DNA of 64,000 nt from an uncultured delta proteobacterium (GCA_963840855.1 CAWJBB010000065.1:75856-139855); one strand, 5' to 3'; counted from the stretch's first letter, positions 41,301 through 52,098 are shown. The notes: a model not told the origin generated them from the letters alone. Numbers and translations are program-made.

Positions 41301-41550
41301 AAATCCGAAACCCCCTCCAATCTCACCCCCCCCCCCCCCTCCCCCCTACGAGCTGGATCGGACGTCGATAGAAACCCTATCCGAGGGACTTTCTTCGGCT
41401 GCTGCGCCTGAGCCGTCGTGCAACATTAAGCAATCCGCTGCAATCAAGATTAAAGCACCAACAGCAAACCGCAAATATATTTTCGTCTTTCTTCATTTTC
41501 GCCGCCTTCAAGCCTCGCTCCTTACTCTTCACCCCTTACCGAATGATCCT

Positions 41551-42534
41551 TTAGTTGGGCACCCAGGCCAAGGCGCCTCTAATCTCAGTGAACTCCCGCG
41601 GGAGTTTGACCCACCACTCGCCGCCGTCCGAGCTGGCGAACAGTTGGCCGTAGTGGCTGCATGCGAGGATAAGGTTGGGATCTGCGGGATGGGTCGCGAA
41701 GCACTCCATATGTGTATTTGGCGTGATCGGCAGGAGCGGCGTGTCCCAGCTATGGCCGCCGTCAGTGGAGCGCTGTAGGGCGCCGAGGCCGCCCAGCGCG
41801 TCATCGCCGATGGCCGCCAGGATCACGTTCGGCTCGTCTAGTTTGAAGACTACGTTGCGGCAATACGGCAAGGGAAAGCGTCCGCGCACCCCGATAGCCT
41901 GCCAGTTGGCACCGCCATCGGTGCTGACGCAGATCTCGTCGGGGATAGTGACAACCGCTGCGCCCGGTTTGCCCGGTAGTATCTTGATATCGTGGATGTC
42001 AGGCTCGTCGATGAGACCGCCGGATGGACGGGTCCATGTGTCGCCGCCATCCCGGCTCACGCGCACGCCGTCGACCTCGACCCCCGCCCAGACGAAATTA
42101 TGGTCCAACGGGTCGACCACCAAGGCCGTAACGCGCGGCTTCGTTACATTCATGCACTCCGTGGCAAATTCCGCTGGCAGTTTTTCCCAGTGAAGACCGC
42201 CGTCGCGCGAGCGAAATAGCGCCGGCAGAGCCGTGCCGGCGAACATTGTATCGGGGTCCACCGGGTCGATGGCAATGCGCCAGACGTTATACGCGTCCAG
42301 CGGCGAGTCAATGTGCTCGAAGGTCGCGCCGCGGTCTTCGCTTCGATAGATGCCATCGTCTGCGCCCGCGTAGATGATCCGGGGATCCTGAGGATGCACC
42401 GCGAGACCAAAGACAGATCTCCCACCCTGGTATCCCTTCCATAATTTGCTTCTAGCCCAGCTCTTACCGCCGTCGGCGCTACGCCACAGGCCCATGCCCA
42501 ACGTGCCGACACAGATCGTAAAGTTCTTTGCCAT
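41551..42534 (-). CDS. BNR/Asp-box beta-propeller protein
   Basis: Repeated SxDGGxxW Asp-boxes; start MAKNF follows a GGAGG RBS. Confidence 0.85.
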   Translation of the reverse strand: MAKNFTICVGTLGMGLWRSADGGKSWARSKLWKGYQGGRSVFGLAVHPQDPRIIYAGADDGIYRSEDRGATFEHIDSPLDAYNVWRIAIDPVDPDTMFAGTALPALFRSRDGGLHWEKLPAEFATECMNVTKPRVTALVVDPLDHNFVWAGVEVDGVRVSRDGGDTWTRPSGGLIDEPDIHDIKILPGKPGAAVVTIPDEICVSTDGGANWQAIGVRGRFPLPYCRNVVFKLDEPNVILAAIGDDALGGLGALQRSTDGGHSWDTPLLPITPNTHMECFATHPADPNLILACSHYGQLFASSDGGEWWVKLPREFTEIRGALAWVPN

Positions 42535-42705
42535 AGCTGTCTTAACTCCTCCTATGAAGGATTTTTGTTCTCGCGCCAAGGCCACTGAAACGAAACCCGA
42601 AATTCGAATATCGAAAGCGGCCCCGCGGACCGAAACAAACTAACAGTCAAACAAATCCAAAATGCTGAAAAATTCCTAAACACCCGAATCCAACCTCCCA
42701 GTCCT

Positions 42706-42777
42706 GTAGCCCGGATGCAGCGCAGTGGAATCCGGGATCCTGACTTCCCGGATTACGTTTCACTCCATCCGGGCTAC
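42706..42777. repeat. Inverted REP doublet (REPIN-like), same family as the RAYT flanks
   Basis: GTAGCCCGGATG...AATCCGGG followed by CCCGGATT...CATCCGGGCTAC. Confidence 0.85.
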
Positions 42778-42855
42778 GGCTTCCTCTATTTTTTGATCAT
42801 TTAAATTCGCTTAGAGTTTCGGATTTCGATTTTCGAATTTGTAATTTGTTTATAC

Positions 42856-45165
42856 TTAGTGTTCTTCGGCTTTCCGTATCGCCGCCCAGAGTTTGGGCGC
42901 GGTGTAAGGCATGTCGACGTGGTCGATACCGAGGGGAGCCAGCGCGTCCATGACGGCGTTGGCCACCGCCGGCGGCGCCCCGTTGCATCCGGCCTCGCCC
43001 ACGCCCTTGACCCCCAACGGATTAAATGGATTCGGCGTCACCGTCTCGCCCAGTGTGAGCTGAGGCATGTCGCCGGCGCGCGGCACCGCGTAATTAATCA
43101 ACGAGCCGGTGAGAACCTCGCCGTCGTCACCAAAGAGCATCTGTTCGCGCAGCGCTTCACCGAGGCCCTGAGCCACGCCGCCGTGAATCTGCCCATTGAG
43201 AATCATCGGGTTGATGACAACGCCGCAGTCATCGACCAGGACGAGTTTTTCCAGCGTCGGCGTCCCGGTTTCCCGATCGATTCTGACCACCGCCAAATGC
43301 GCGCCGAAGCCCCAGGCTTCGCGCTTCGGATCAAAAAAGGCGGTGTCTTGAAGGCCGGGTTCCACACCGCGCGGAACGTTTCCTCCGTACGCAGCGGCGG
43401 CAATCTGGCGCCAGGAAACTTTTTTGTCGGGCACTCCAGCCACCGCGAAGCCGCCATCCGTCTGAACGATGTCCTCGGCTGCCGCCTCCATCAAATGCGC
43501 GGCGATACGGCGCGCCTTTTCCATGACGCGATCAATAGCAACTGCCAAGGCCCCGCCGCCCATGATGGCGCTGCGGCTGCCAAAGGTGCCGCCGCCCTGC
43601 TGGACCACCAGCGTATCGCCGTGTCGAATCGCCACGTGATCCATGGAAACGCCCATCTTCTCTGCCGTAACCTGGGCAAACACGGTCTCATGCCCTTGCC
43701 CATGGGGGCTGGAACCGGTGAGCACCGTAATGTCTCCGCTGCGCTCCACCCGAACCGTGGCGCTCTCAAAGCCGGCGCCGCCACTCGGCTCGGCAAAAGT
43801 CGAGAGGCCCACGCCGACCAACTCGCCGCGTTTGCGCGCGTCGTCTCGGTAGCGAATAAGTTTTTCGTAGTCGGACAACCGCAGCGCCTCGGCGAGCGAC
43901 TTTTCATAGTCACCCGAGTCGTATTCGACGTTTACGCCCGTGCGGTACGGGAACTGCTCGGGGCGAATAAAATTCTTGCGCCGGATTTCCAGACAGTCCA
44001 TGCCCAACTCGCGCGCCGCTTTGTCGATCAACCGCTCGATATTCAGCACCGACTCCGGCCTCCCCGCGCCGCGATATGGACCGGTGGGGACGGTATTGGT
44101 AAAGACCGCCAACACCTCGACGGAGCAGTTTTGGATCTGGTAGCAGCCCGGGGCCATCGCCATCATGCGCAGCGGCGGTATCGCGGAAAGGGAGTTCAGG
44201 TAAGCGCCCAGATTCCCGATCACGCGCACTTTCAAGCCGAGCATGGTGCCATCCCGCTTGACGGCCAGCTCGGACGTCATCACCTGGTCGCGCCCTTGAT
44301 TCGTGGTGACGAAATCCTCGCTGCGCGTGGAGATCCACTTGACGGGCCGGCCGAGCTTAAGCGCCAGATGACTGGCCAGCGCGTCTTCCTGGTAGAGGAG
44401 TCCTTTGCTGCCGAACCCGCCGCCGACATCGGGCGCGATGACGCGAATCCTGTGCTCAGGAAGTCCGATCGCGGTGGCAAGATCCGTGCGCACGCGGTGC
44501 GGGCTCTGAGTTGAGAGCCAAACAGTCAGATCTCCCGTCGGTTCCGGCTTCGCCACGATGCCTCGCGGCTCCATCGCCAGCGCCACCAATCTCGGGCTGG
44601 CGATACGCATCCGAACGATATGCTCGGCCTCGGCGAATGCCTTGTCGACATCGCCGCCTGATTTCCGTGTGATGTAGCACAGGTTGCTTCCAGCTCCTCG
44701 CGGGCGAGCGGCGCGCCGGGCTCCAGCGCCTTTTCGGCATTAACGACCGCTGGCAGCGCTTCGTATTCCACAACGATGGCGCTCGCGGCATCCTGGGCGA
44801 GGGCGCGGCTTTCGGCAACCACCGCCGCCACGGGAGTGCCGGCCGCGTGGACGGCCCCGCGCGCCAGCAGCGGATGGGGCGGTATCTTCATGCCGGACAC
44901 CATCGGGATAGCCGGGACATGCAACTGTTCGCTGAGGTCATCGCCGATCACCACGGCGATCACTCCGGACATCGCCTTCGCTGCGCTCGTATCGATGGAA
45001 ATTATTTTCGCATGCGGGTAGGGGCTACGCTGAAGCGCCATGTGGAGCATTCCTGGTAGCTGGATGTCCTCGGTATAAGCATCCTATGCCGGTAATCAGG
45101 GGCCCGTCTTCGACGCGGCGTATCGACGCGCCGATAAGTCCAGTCGTGGTGTGCTCTGTTGTCAT
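42856..45165 (-). CDS. Xanthine-dehydrogenase-family Mo-binding large subunit (CoxL-like; apparent frameshifts near 44690 and 45075)
   Basis: GASIRRVED, RSPYPHA, DVGGGFGSK, PYRGAGRPE, GQGHET, GTFGSRS, KGVGEAG. Confidence 0.88.
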
Positions 45166-45299
45166 GATGAAGCCTCGTGTTCAAAAAAATGCTTGTGGCT
45201 CGTGTTCGCATTCGTGACCAATGTTCGTAAACTAGCACGATCACGAATCACGAGCACGACTGTTCCCTTTCGCCTTACGCCGGGAGCCTTATATTAGGT

Positions 45300-45500
45300 C
45301 TGTTGCAGATTATCATATTGGAGATCATGTTTATGTGACACCGATTTCAAGAGCTTGCTGGAATGAGGACCATCGGCGCCTAATCCCTCTCACGAGGATC
45401 AAGGACAGACTGTCCCGTCCAGTAAGAGAACGGATCTGAGGTTCAATAGAAAGTTGTCCCTTTGTTGAGGACTTATATAAGGCGAACTTTCCGTTCAAAG
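45300..45500 (+). ncRNA. Putative IS110 bridge RNA (ends approximate)
   Basis: Two internal loops whose strands match the target (CGGCGCCT / AGGACAG) and donor (ATAGAAAGT / ATATAAG) junction sequences. Confidence 0.7.
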
Positions 45501-45540
45501 CTATTGGAATTGGAAGAACACAACCAAGGAGGAAGAGAGA

Positions 45541-46767
45541 GTGAAGCGATACTATGTGGGAGTGGATTGGGCTGATGAATTTCACCAGGTATGGGTCAGC
45601 GATGCCGAGGGCAAGAAAGTAGCTGAGATGAAGGTTGAGCAGAGTCCCAAGGGCATGGGCGAGTTTGGCCGTTGGCTCCATGAACGTCAGGCAGAACAGA
45701 TAGAGCTTTGGGCGGCCATCGAGAAGCCCCAGGGGCGGATTGTGGATTTTCTGTTGGACCACGGGGTAGTGGTCTATCCGGTTAATCCCAAGGCCCTGGA
45801 CCGGGTCAGGGACCGGTTTCGCATGAGCCAATCCAAGAGCGACTCCTTTGATGCTTATGTATTGGCGGACTTTGTCAGGACCGATCACGCTCATTTGCGA
45901 GCTCTTGAGCCTAACTCTGCTCAGGCCCAAGAGTTTAAGATGCTCACCCGGGATCACCACCGATTGGGGCGCCATAAGACTCGGCTCATCAATCAGATCG
46001 TGGTAACGCTCAAAGAGTATTACCCTCGCCCCCTGGAGGTTTTCTCTGATCTGGAATCGAAGATCGCGTTGGATTTTCTCACCCAGTATCCGACTCCGCG
46101 GGCACTGTCTGATCTTACCCGTAGAAAATGGAACCGCTTTGCCAAGCGCGAGCACCATCTCGGTGAGGCGCGCTGTAAAGAGCTGTGGGAGAAGCTGAAC
46201 CAGCCGCAGTTGGGAATTCCAGAACACGTGGTCAGAGCCAAGGCGCAATTGCTTTTGGTGCTCGTCGCTCAGCTTAAGGCCTTGGCTCAGGCGGTCGAGA
46301 GCTATAGCGAGGAGATCCAACGTTTTTTCGCCTCTATGCCGGCGGCTAAGCTTGCGCAGACACTGCCGGGAGGAAAAAGTGGGACCATCGTACCGATGCT
46401 TTGGGCCGAGCTGGGCGATGTCAAGAGCCGATGGAAATCCTTTAGGCACCTTCAAGCCGAAGCGGGAGGGGTCCCGGTAACCCAATCCAGCGGCAAGAGC
46501 CATGTCGTACTGTTTCGTTATGCCTGTAACAAGCTGATGCGATACGCCTCGTACTGGTTGTCGTTTAACTCGCTCAATCGCTGTGAGTGGGCGAACAAAT
46601 ACTATCGCGACCAACGGGCGAAAGGACATCATCATCCCCAAGCGCTTAGGGCTTTGGCAGCGAAGTGGTTGAAAATTATTTTCATCATGTGGAGAGACGA
46701 TAAGCCGTACGATGAGAACTATCACTTGGCGAACATCGCCCGTCAGACGATACGCCAGGCGGCATGA
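45541..46767 (+). CDS. IS110 DEDD recombinase/transposase
   Basis: YVGVDWA, AIE, KSDSFDA (DEDD); C-terminal PVTQSSGKS with catalytic Ser, ALRALA.KW. Confidence 0.95.
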   Translation: MKRYYVGVDWADEFHQVWVSDAEGKKVAEMKVEQSPKGMGEFGRWLHERQAEQIELWAAIEKPQGRIVDFLLDHGVVVYPVNPKALDRVRDRFRMSQSKSDSFDAYVLADFVRTDHAHLRALEPNSAQAQEFKMLTRDHHRLGRHKTRLINQIVVTLKEYYPRPLEVFSDLESKIALDFLTQYPTPRALSDLTRRKWNRFAKREHHLGEARCKELWEKLNQPQLGIPEHVVRAKAQLLLVLVAQLKALAQAVESYSEEIQRFFASMPAAKLAQTLPGGKSGTIVPMLWAELGDVKSRWKSFRHLQAEAGGVPVTQSSGKSHVVLFRYACNKLMRYASYWLSFNSLNRCEWANKYYRDQRAKGHHHPQALRALAAKWLKIIFIMWRDDKPYDENYHLANIARQTIRQAA

Positions 46768-46838
46768 AAAAAAATAAACAGGGGACTTGACAAGTCTCAT
46801 AGAATGTCTGTCCTGAGCAAAGTCGAAGGAGCTCACGC

Positions 46839-47828
46839 CTATTTGATCACCTTGTCCGCCCGGTACAGCACAGACTGTGGAATCGTCACGCCGATTTGCT
46901 TCGCGGTTTTCAGATTGATGACGAACTCAAACTTGGTTGGCTGTTCCACGGGTAAATCTGCGGGCTTAGTGCCTTTGAGAATCTTGTCCACGAAAACAGC
47001 CGCCCGCCGCCACCGCTCTCCATCGTCAACGCCGTATGAAATCAGTCCGCCTTCCTCGGCCCAGAGGGCCAGCCCGCACATCGTGGGCAAACGATTCTTG
47101 CTGGCAATCTCCAGAAGCGTTTTTCGGTGTCGCAAGGTAACGCTGCCATGAAAAATGATCAGCCCATCGGCGCGCTCCTTGGTCATTGCGGCGTAGGCGT
47201 TCGCAAATTGGCTCGGCTCCTTTACCTGCAAGGATTGAATCTTTATTCCTAAAGAGCGCCCCGCTCGGTCTGTTTCTTTCACTTCATCCAGATCGGATCT
47301 TGCACCGCCGTGGAGAACGGCTGCTCGCGAGATCTTAGGAAATGTTTCCTTTAAGAGTTCGAGCCGCTTTGCAGTCATACCCATATCGATGTTCGTGGTT
47401 CCGGTCACATTGCCACCGGGACGGGCAAGACTAGCCACCAAACCCGAAGCCACCAGATCGGTGCCGCTGCCAGCGACAATGGGGATCTTGTTAGTGACTT
47501 TCGTGGCTGCCGAAATTGCCGGTCCTCCTGCGACAATAATTTCAACTCCAAGTCCGACCAATTCTGTAGCCAAACCTTGCAACCGTTCCCGTTTGCCCTC
47601 GGCGTAGCGAGTTTCGACGATAAGGTTCTGACCCTCGACATAACCCAACTCCCGCAAACGCTGGCGAAAGGCCTCTTGGTAAGGCGTGCCGGTATTCATT
47701 AAGAATCCAATCCGGCGGACCTTAGTCGCCTGCTGGGCCTGGGCTAGTTGGCGGTCGGTCAAAGTAAAGAAAGCAAGTGCGACTAGAAGAAATTTGAAAG
47801 TTCCGAATGTGGACCTGTGAGTCGGCAT
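46839..47828 (-). CDS. ABC substrate-binding protein (aromatic amino acid-like family)
   Basis: RIGFL, LRELGYVEGQN, SLARPGGNVTG, KILKGTKPADLPVEQPTKFE; start approximate. Confidence 0.88.
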   Translation of the reverse strand: MPTHRSTFGTFKFLLVALAFFTLTDRQLAQAQQATKVRRIGFLMNTGTPYQEAFRQRLRELGYVEGQNLIVETRYAEGKRERLQGLATELVGLGVEIIVAGGPAISAATKVTNKIPIVAGSGTDLVASGLVASLARPGGNVTGTTNIDMGMTAKRLELLKETFPKISRAAVLHGGARSDLDEVKETDRAGRSLGIKIQSLQVKEPSQFANAYAAMTKERADGLIIFHGSVTLRHRKTLLEIASKNRLPTMCGLALWAEEGGLISYGVDDGERWRRAAVFVDKILKGTKPADLPVEQPTKFEFVINLKTAKQIGVTIPQSVLYRADKVIK

Positions 47829-48092
47829 TTGTCCTCCTCTCAAGAAGAGATAAGCGCGATAGAAGGCCCGACCGAAAACCGCCACGTTAAGCGATTAAAC
47901 TGTCATTCGGCTTCGTTGCCGAACCAAAATGGGTTAGCAAACGGGAAAGCGTTCTGCTTATCTCACCGCCCGCCTTTCTCTGTCAAGCCTTACTTAAGAA
48001 CCGTAGGGCAATCGTTATGCCAAGACCAGCAAAGACGGGGATTTGAGAAAGTACTTGTAATAACGGAAGAATTTTGCGGACCAGAGTCGACG

Positions 48093-48266
48093 TTACTGAT
48101 GAAAGATCCGGCGGGGTGTAGTTAATTTGATATACCCCTGTAGCAAATTTGATCCACCGGACTTCGCAGTTTGAGTGCATCGCCCGGACGCAACGCAGCG
48201 AAATCCCGGACACCGTTGCGAAACCCCCGCAGCATGAACCAAGATATTGGTATCGAGCAGGATCAC
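48093..48266 (-). pseudogene. Truncated VapC/PIN toxin
   Basis: GTG overlapping the antitoxin stop gives VILLDTNILVHA; similarity is lost at a degenerate REP near 48181-48212. Confidence 0.55.
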
Positions 48267-48499
48267 TTCAAGATGTCTCGATAGATGTTCTCACGCCTCA
48301 AGCTACCACGGACTTTCCCGGTATAAACCCCGAAGCGCCCGCCTCTGCTTCGTTGCGCTCTCTCGTGATCCCCTCTGAGGTAGGCTCGAATGGCTGTCTC
48401 TACGATCTCTTTGAGGGTCATGTCCTGGTCCAACGCCAGCCTTTTAATCTGCCGATACAACTCCTTTTCCAATACAATGGTAGTTCTCAAACTTTCCAT
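48263..48499 (-). CDS. Ribbon-helix-helix antitoxin-like protein
   Basis: RTTIVLEKELYRQIKRLA..MTLKEIVETAIR; coupled to a PIN N-terminus. Confidence 0.7.
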   Translation of the reverse strand: MESLRTTIVLEKELYRQIKRLALDQDMTLKEIVETAIRAYLRGDHERAQRSRGGRFGVYTGKVRGSLRRENIYRDILK

Positions 48500-48710
48500 G
48501 CCGCCAAACCTCCAGGCGTTAAGGCTTACATAAATATGCTTTTATGTCAGCACATATTCACTTTCCTTTGCCTCTCAACTTTGCGCAGGGTGGTGAGCAT
48601 AGTCGAACCACAAGTCGCCAAGTCGGATTCGTTTTTCCTTCGCGCCTTTACGTCTTTTCTCGAGATATTTTTGGTTGCGGCTTCGCCGCGCTAGACTCTT
48701 TGTGGTTAAT

Positions 48711-50285
48711 TCAGAATCCCAGCGCGCAGCCGCCTTTGCGCGGGTCGGACCCGCCGACGAAAGCTCCGGAGTCGGGATGAATCAGGATCATATGGGCGCC
48801 GCCGAAACTTTCGGGATTGCCGCCGACGACTTGATGGCCTCTGCGAGATAATTCCTGCTTAACGTCAGATGAGAACTCCGGCTCCAATCCAACCTTTGTT
48901 GCCTCGATGTGATTGAACCGCGCCGCCGAGATCGCTTGTTGCGGGGTCATGCCGTGATCTATCAAATTGGCGATGATCTGCGCCTGCACTTGCGGCTGAA
49001 CATGCCCGCCTTTGAGACCTAACGCGGCGTACGGCTTGCCGTCTTTGAAAATCATGCCGGGCATGAGCGTATGCACGCAGCGTTTGTGCGGCCCAATGCA
49101 GTTAGGATGCGCTTGATCCAGCGAGAAAAGATGCCCGCGATTATGCAAGATGATTCCAGTCTCAGGCTCGACAACTCCCGAACCGAAGCCCATAAAGTTG
49201 CTCTGGATGAAAGACACCAGATTGCCGTCACTGTCGGCTGCGGCGACGTACTCGGTATCCGTCCCCGCGCTGATCGATTGGTAGTCATTAGCGGCCCGAT
49301 CTTGTTGGATCTGGCCGCGCAGCTTCTCCACTCGCGCTTGTGCCAACAGACCGTGCACCGAAACTTTCATGTGATCGCGATCCGCTAGCTGTCGATCGCG
49401 ATCCATAAACGCAAGCTTCTTCGCTTCGATCATTAAATGCAGCGCCGCCGCGCTCCCCGGACCCAAAGCTTTGAGTTCGAAGCCCTCGAGAATCTTGAGC
49501 ATCTCCAACGCAACGAATCCCTGCGTGGCCGGCGGCATCTCATAGATGTCATAGCCGCGATAATTGGCGGTGATGGGCTCCACCCAATCCGAACCATGAT
49601 CGGCAAAGTCTTTCAGCGTAAAAAGTCCGCCCAGTCTTTCCGAACACCGAACAATCTTTTCGGCAACGTCGCCCCGGTAGAAATAATCCGACCCTTCATC
49701 GGCGATCCGCCGTAGCGTCTTCGCCATGCGCGGGTTCTTAAAAATTTCGCCTGCCTTGGGTGTGCGGCCATTGATCAGATAATTCGCGCGCGCGCCTTCA
49801 TCAGCCTTCAAGCTCGATTCCGACTCATGCCACGACTGCGCGGTCAGCTCGGCGACCGGAAACCCTTCCTCGGCATGGCGAATCGCCGATCGCAAGACAT
49901 CGCGGAGACTTTTCGTACCGTAGGAATTGAGCAGCGTTGTCCAACCATGCACTGCGCCGGGAACGGTCACGGCGTGAATCCCGCGCTGCGGCATCGCCGT
50001 GAATCCGTTCTTGCGGCAAAACTCTAAATCCGCGCCGTAGGGCGATCTCCCGCTCGCGTCCAATGCCTTGATCGATTTTTCCCGCGCCGAATAGAACAAA
50101 CAGAAGGCATCGCCGCCGATACCGATCGACATCGGTTCGACGACGCCCAACACCGCCGCCGTCGCGACGGCAGCGTCGATGGCATTGCCGCCGTCCAGCA
50201 AAACTTGCACGCCGGCCAAGGTTGCCAGGGGCTGGCTGGACGCTACCATGCCGTTTTTAGCTACGACCGAAAATGTTCCAGGCAT
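48711..50285 (-). CDS. ggt: Gamma-glutamyltransferase family protein (cytoplasmic type)
   Basis: GGNAIDAAVA, VTVPG, nucleophile region GTDTEY, FIQSNFMGFGSG, GGSDPRK. Confidence 0.9.
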   Translation of the reverse strand: MPGTFSVVAKNGMVASSQPLATLAGVQVLLDGGNAIDAAVATAAVLGVVEPMSIGIGGDAFCLFYSAREKSIKALDASGRSPYGADLEFCRKNGFTAMPQRGIHAVTVPGAVHGWTTLLNSYGTKSLRDVLRSAIRHAEEGFPVAELTAQSWHESESSLKADEGARANYLINGRTPKAGEIFKNPRMAKTLRRIADEGSDYFYRGDVAEKIVRCSERLGGLFTLKDFADHGSDWVEPITANYRGYDIYEMPPATQGFVALEMLKILEGFELKALGPGSAAALHLMIEAKKLAFMDRDRQLADRDHMKVSVHGLLAQARVEKLRGQIQQDRAANDYQSISAGTDTEYVAAADSDGNLVSFIQSNFMGFGSGVVEPETGIILHNRGHLFSLDQAHPNCIGPHKRCVHTLMPGMIFKDGKPYAALGLKGGHVQPQVQAQIIANLIDHGMTPQQAISAARFNHIEATKVGLEPEFSSDVKQELSRRGHQVVGGNPESFGGAHMILIHPDSGAFVGGSDPRKGGCALGF

Positions 50286-50471
50286 GATTCTTCCTCGTGA
50301 TCATGAAAATCTTGTTAGAATTGCTGGCACATTACCTGCTCCCAAGGTGCTGAAAAACCTCCGTTCACCCTTCGACCAGCTCAGGGCGAACGGAGTTTGC
50401 TTTGATTCACTAATAAATTTCCGTTCATGCTGAGTACGTCGAAGCATAGAATTCCTTATTTCAGGAGCTTG

Positions 50472-51492
50472 CTAGCGCGTTTTTAAGATCTGCGCATAAA
50501 GTTTTACCACTTCATCGTGGCCCTTGTATTCCTCGGGGTGCACGACGTAGCGCTTGTAGCCGCGAAAAAGCCGCGCCGGCTTGGGCTCGACATCGCTGCG
50601 CGACGGAATGCGTTGAAAATCCCAGAGCTTTTCCTGGCCTTCCTTGGATAGGGTAAAATCGATGAGCAGTTTGCCCGCGTTGGGATGAGCAGCTTTCGCG
50701 CCAAGCATTACCGTGTTCACCGAAATAATGGCGGGCTCCAGCGGTAACCAATCAATGGGCGCGCCCTTCTCGGCTAAGTTTTGAATGATATTGGCATAGG
50801 CGATGACCAGGGGAAACTCGCCGGCGGCGGCGAGCTGAGCGCGAACCGTGCTACCCCGCATCGTCACCGGCTCCTGCTCCGCGAGTCTTTTGAGGTAAGC
50901 CAAAGCCTTCTCCTTACCCCACACCGAGATCAGTCCCTGTAAAAATGTCGTATAACTATCGTCGAGCGAAATTTTCCGTCCCTTCCAGCGCGGTTGCAAC
51001 AGCTCCTCATAGGTCCGCGGCACGGCTTCACGCTTCAACTGTCTGGTGTTGTAACCCAGAACAATGGCGTTAACGTAAACGGAGGTCCAGTGATGTTTGG
51101 CGTCCTTTAGGTCGGCAGGGATCATCTTTCTTTCCGGGGAATCATACGGCGCCACTAGACCCATGTTCCATCAACGGCAAAAAGATCTCCCCCGTGCCAT
51201 GGACCACGTCGAAGAGGTATTTTCCGGCTTTCGCCTCGGTCGTTATTCGGTTGAGCAAAGCGCCCCCGCCGGAACGGAACACATTGGGTCTCAGGAAGGG
51301 ATATTTTTTCAGGAAGCGGTCCATGAATTCTTTGCTCTGGTCCAAACTCATGGTGGTGTACCAGACGATTTCCCCTTCGCGCCGCGCGGCATCGACCACC
51401 TTGGGGTCCGGACTGTCTTGAGAATGAGCAGCGCCGGCAAAAGGTATAATCATGCACCCCAGGAGAAGAAACTTCCGCGAAAAACCTTTCAT
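50472..51492 (-). CDS. Extracellular solute-binding protein (frameshift near 51165)
   Basis: AARREGEIVWYTT in one frame; YNT..PRTYEELL.PRWKG..HPNAGKL in the next. Confidence 0.82.
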
Positions 51493-51716
51493 CAGCTTCC
51501 TCCTTAATCCTCCGCGGCACTTACCTAAATTACCAGTCTGGAGTCTGGTAAACCTTTTGTGTTATTCCGGCCAAGCTGGCGATAGCTATCGGCGACCCGG
51601 AATCAGGGTAGGGGCGGGTTTAAAACCCGCCCTACAAGCCCGCCTGCGCGGGAATGACGACTGATGGAGCGCTGACTTCTCCACCGGATTTCTGAGGCCG
51701 CATATTGGGATGAATC

Positions 51717-52070
51717 TTATTTCGGCCAGCGCAGATGAACCGCCATATCCACCCAGTGGCCATCGGGGTCCTGCACTCGGTGGTCGGAGTCTTTATCGGA
51801 CTTGGAGTCGATGTTCACGGGGAAACCATTGGCTTCGAGTCTGCGTTTAATCTCCTCAAGATCGTCGACTTCGAAGCCGAAATGATTGATGCCTTCCCGC
51901 TGATCTTCCCGCTTGACCTCGATGAGCGCGATATTGACGTCGCCATCCGACATGTAGATTGCGCCGCCGAATCCGCGCTTGGGTTCCAGTCCGAAAACTT
52001 TCTGGTAAAACTCGACCATCCTCTCGCGGTTTTTCGTCATGACCGCCACATGTCTCACCTTGGGTCGCAT
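51717..52070 (-). CDS. VOC/glyoxalase-family protein
   Basis: RHVAV..FYQKVFG..GINHFGFEVD..DPDGHWVD. Confidence 0.88.
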   Translation of the reverse strand: MRPKVRHVAVMTKNRERMVEFYQKVFGLEPKRGFGGAIYMSDGDVNIALIEVKREDQREGINHFGFEVDDLEEIKRRLEANGFPVNIDSKSDKDSDHRVQDPDGHWVDMAVHLRWPK

Positions 52071-52098
52071 AGTTATTCCTCCTCTACAATTGGGGTTT

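Larger units (their letters stand above)
45288..46809 (+). mobile_element. Complete IS110-family element bounded by duplicated CT cores
   Basis: CT at 45288-45289 and 46808-46809; joining the ends yields TTGACA-17 bp-TATATT; the upstream noncoding region matches the flanks. Confidence 0.82.

Noticed and set aside
41325-41347. Poly-C tract as a phase-variation switch
   Set aside because: Intergenic, not clearly within a promoter, and homopolymer length is unreliable in this assembly.
42859-44514. 551-aa plus-strand ORF
   Set aside because: Antisense shadow of the Mo-enzyme large subunit, with no motifs of its own.
42856-45165. Aerobic form I CO dehydrogenase
   Set aside because: Lacks the AYxCSFR motif and adjacent coxM/coxS.
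45331-46836. 501-aa minus-strand ORF across IS110
   Set aside because: Antisense to the recombinase, crosses the element end, and has no recognisable domain.
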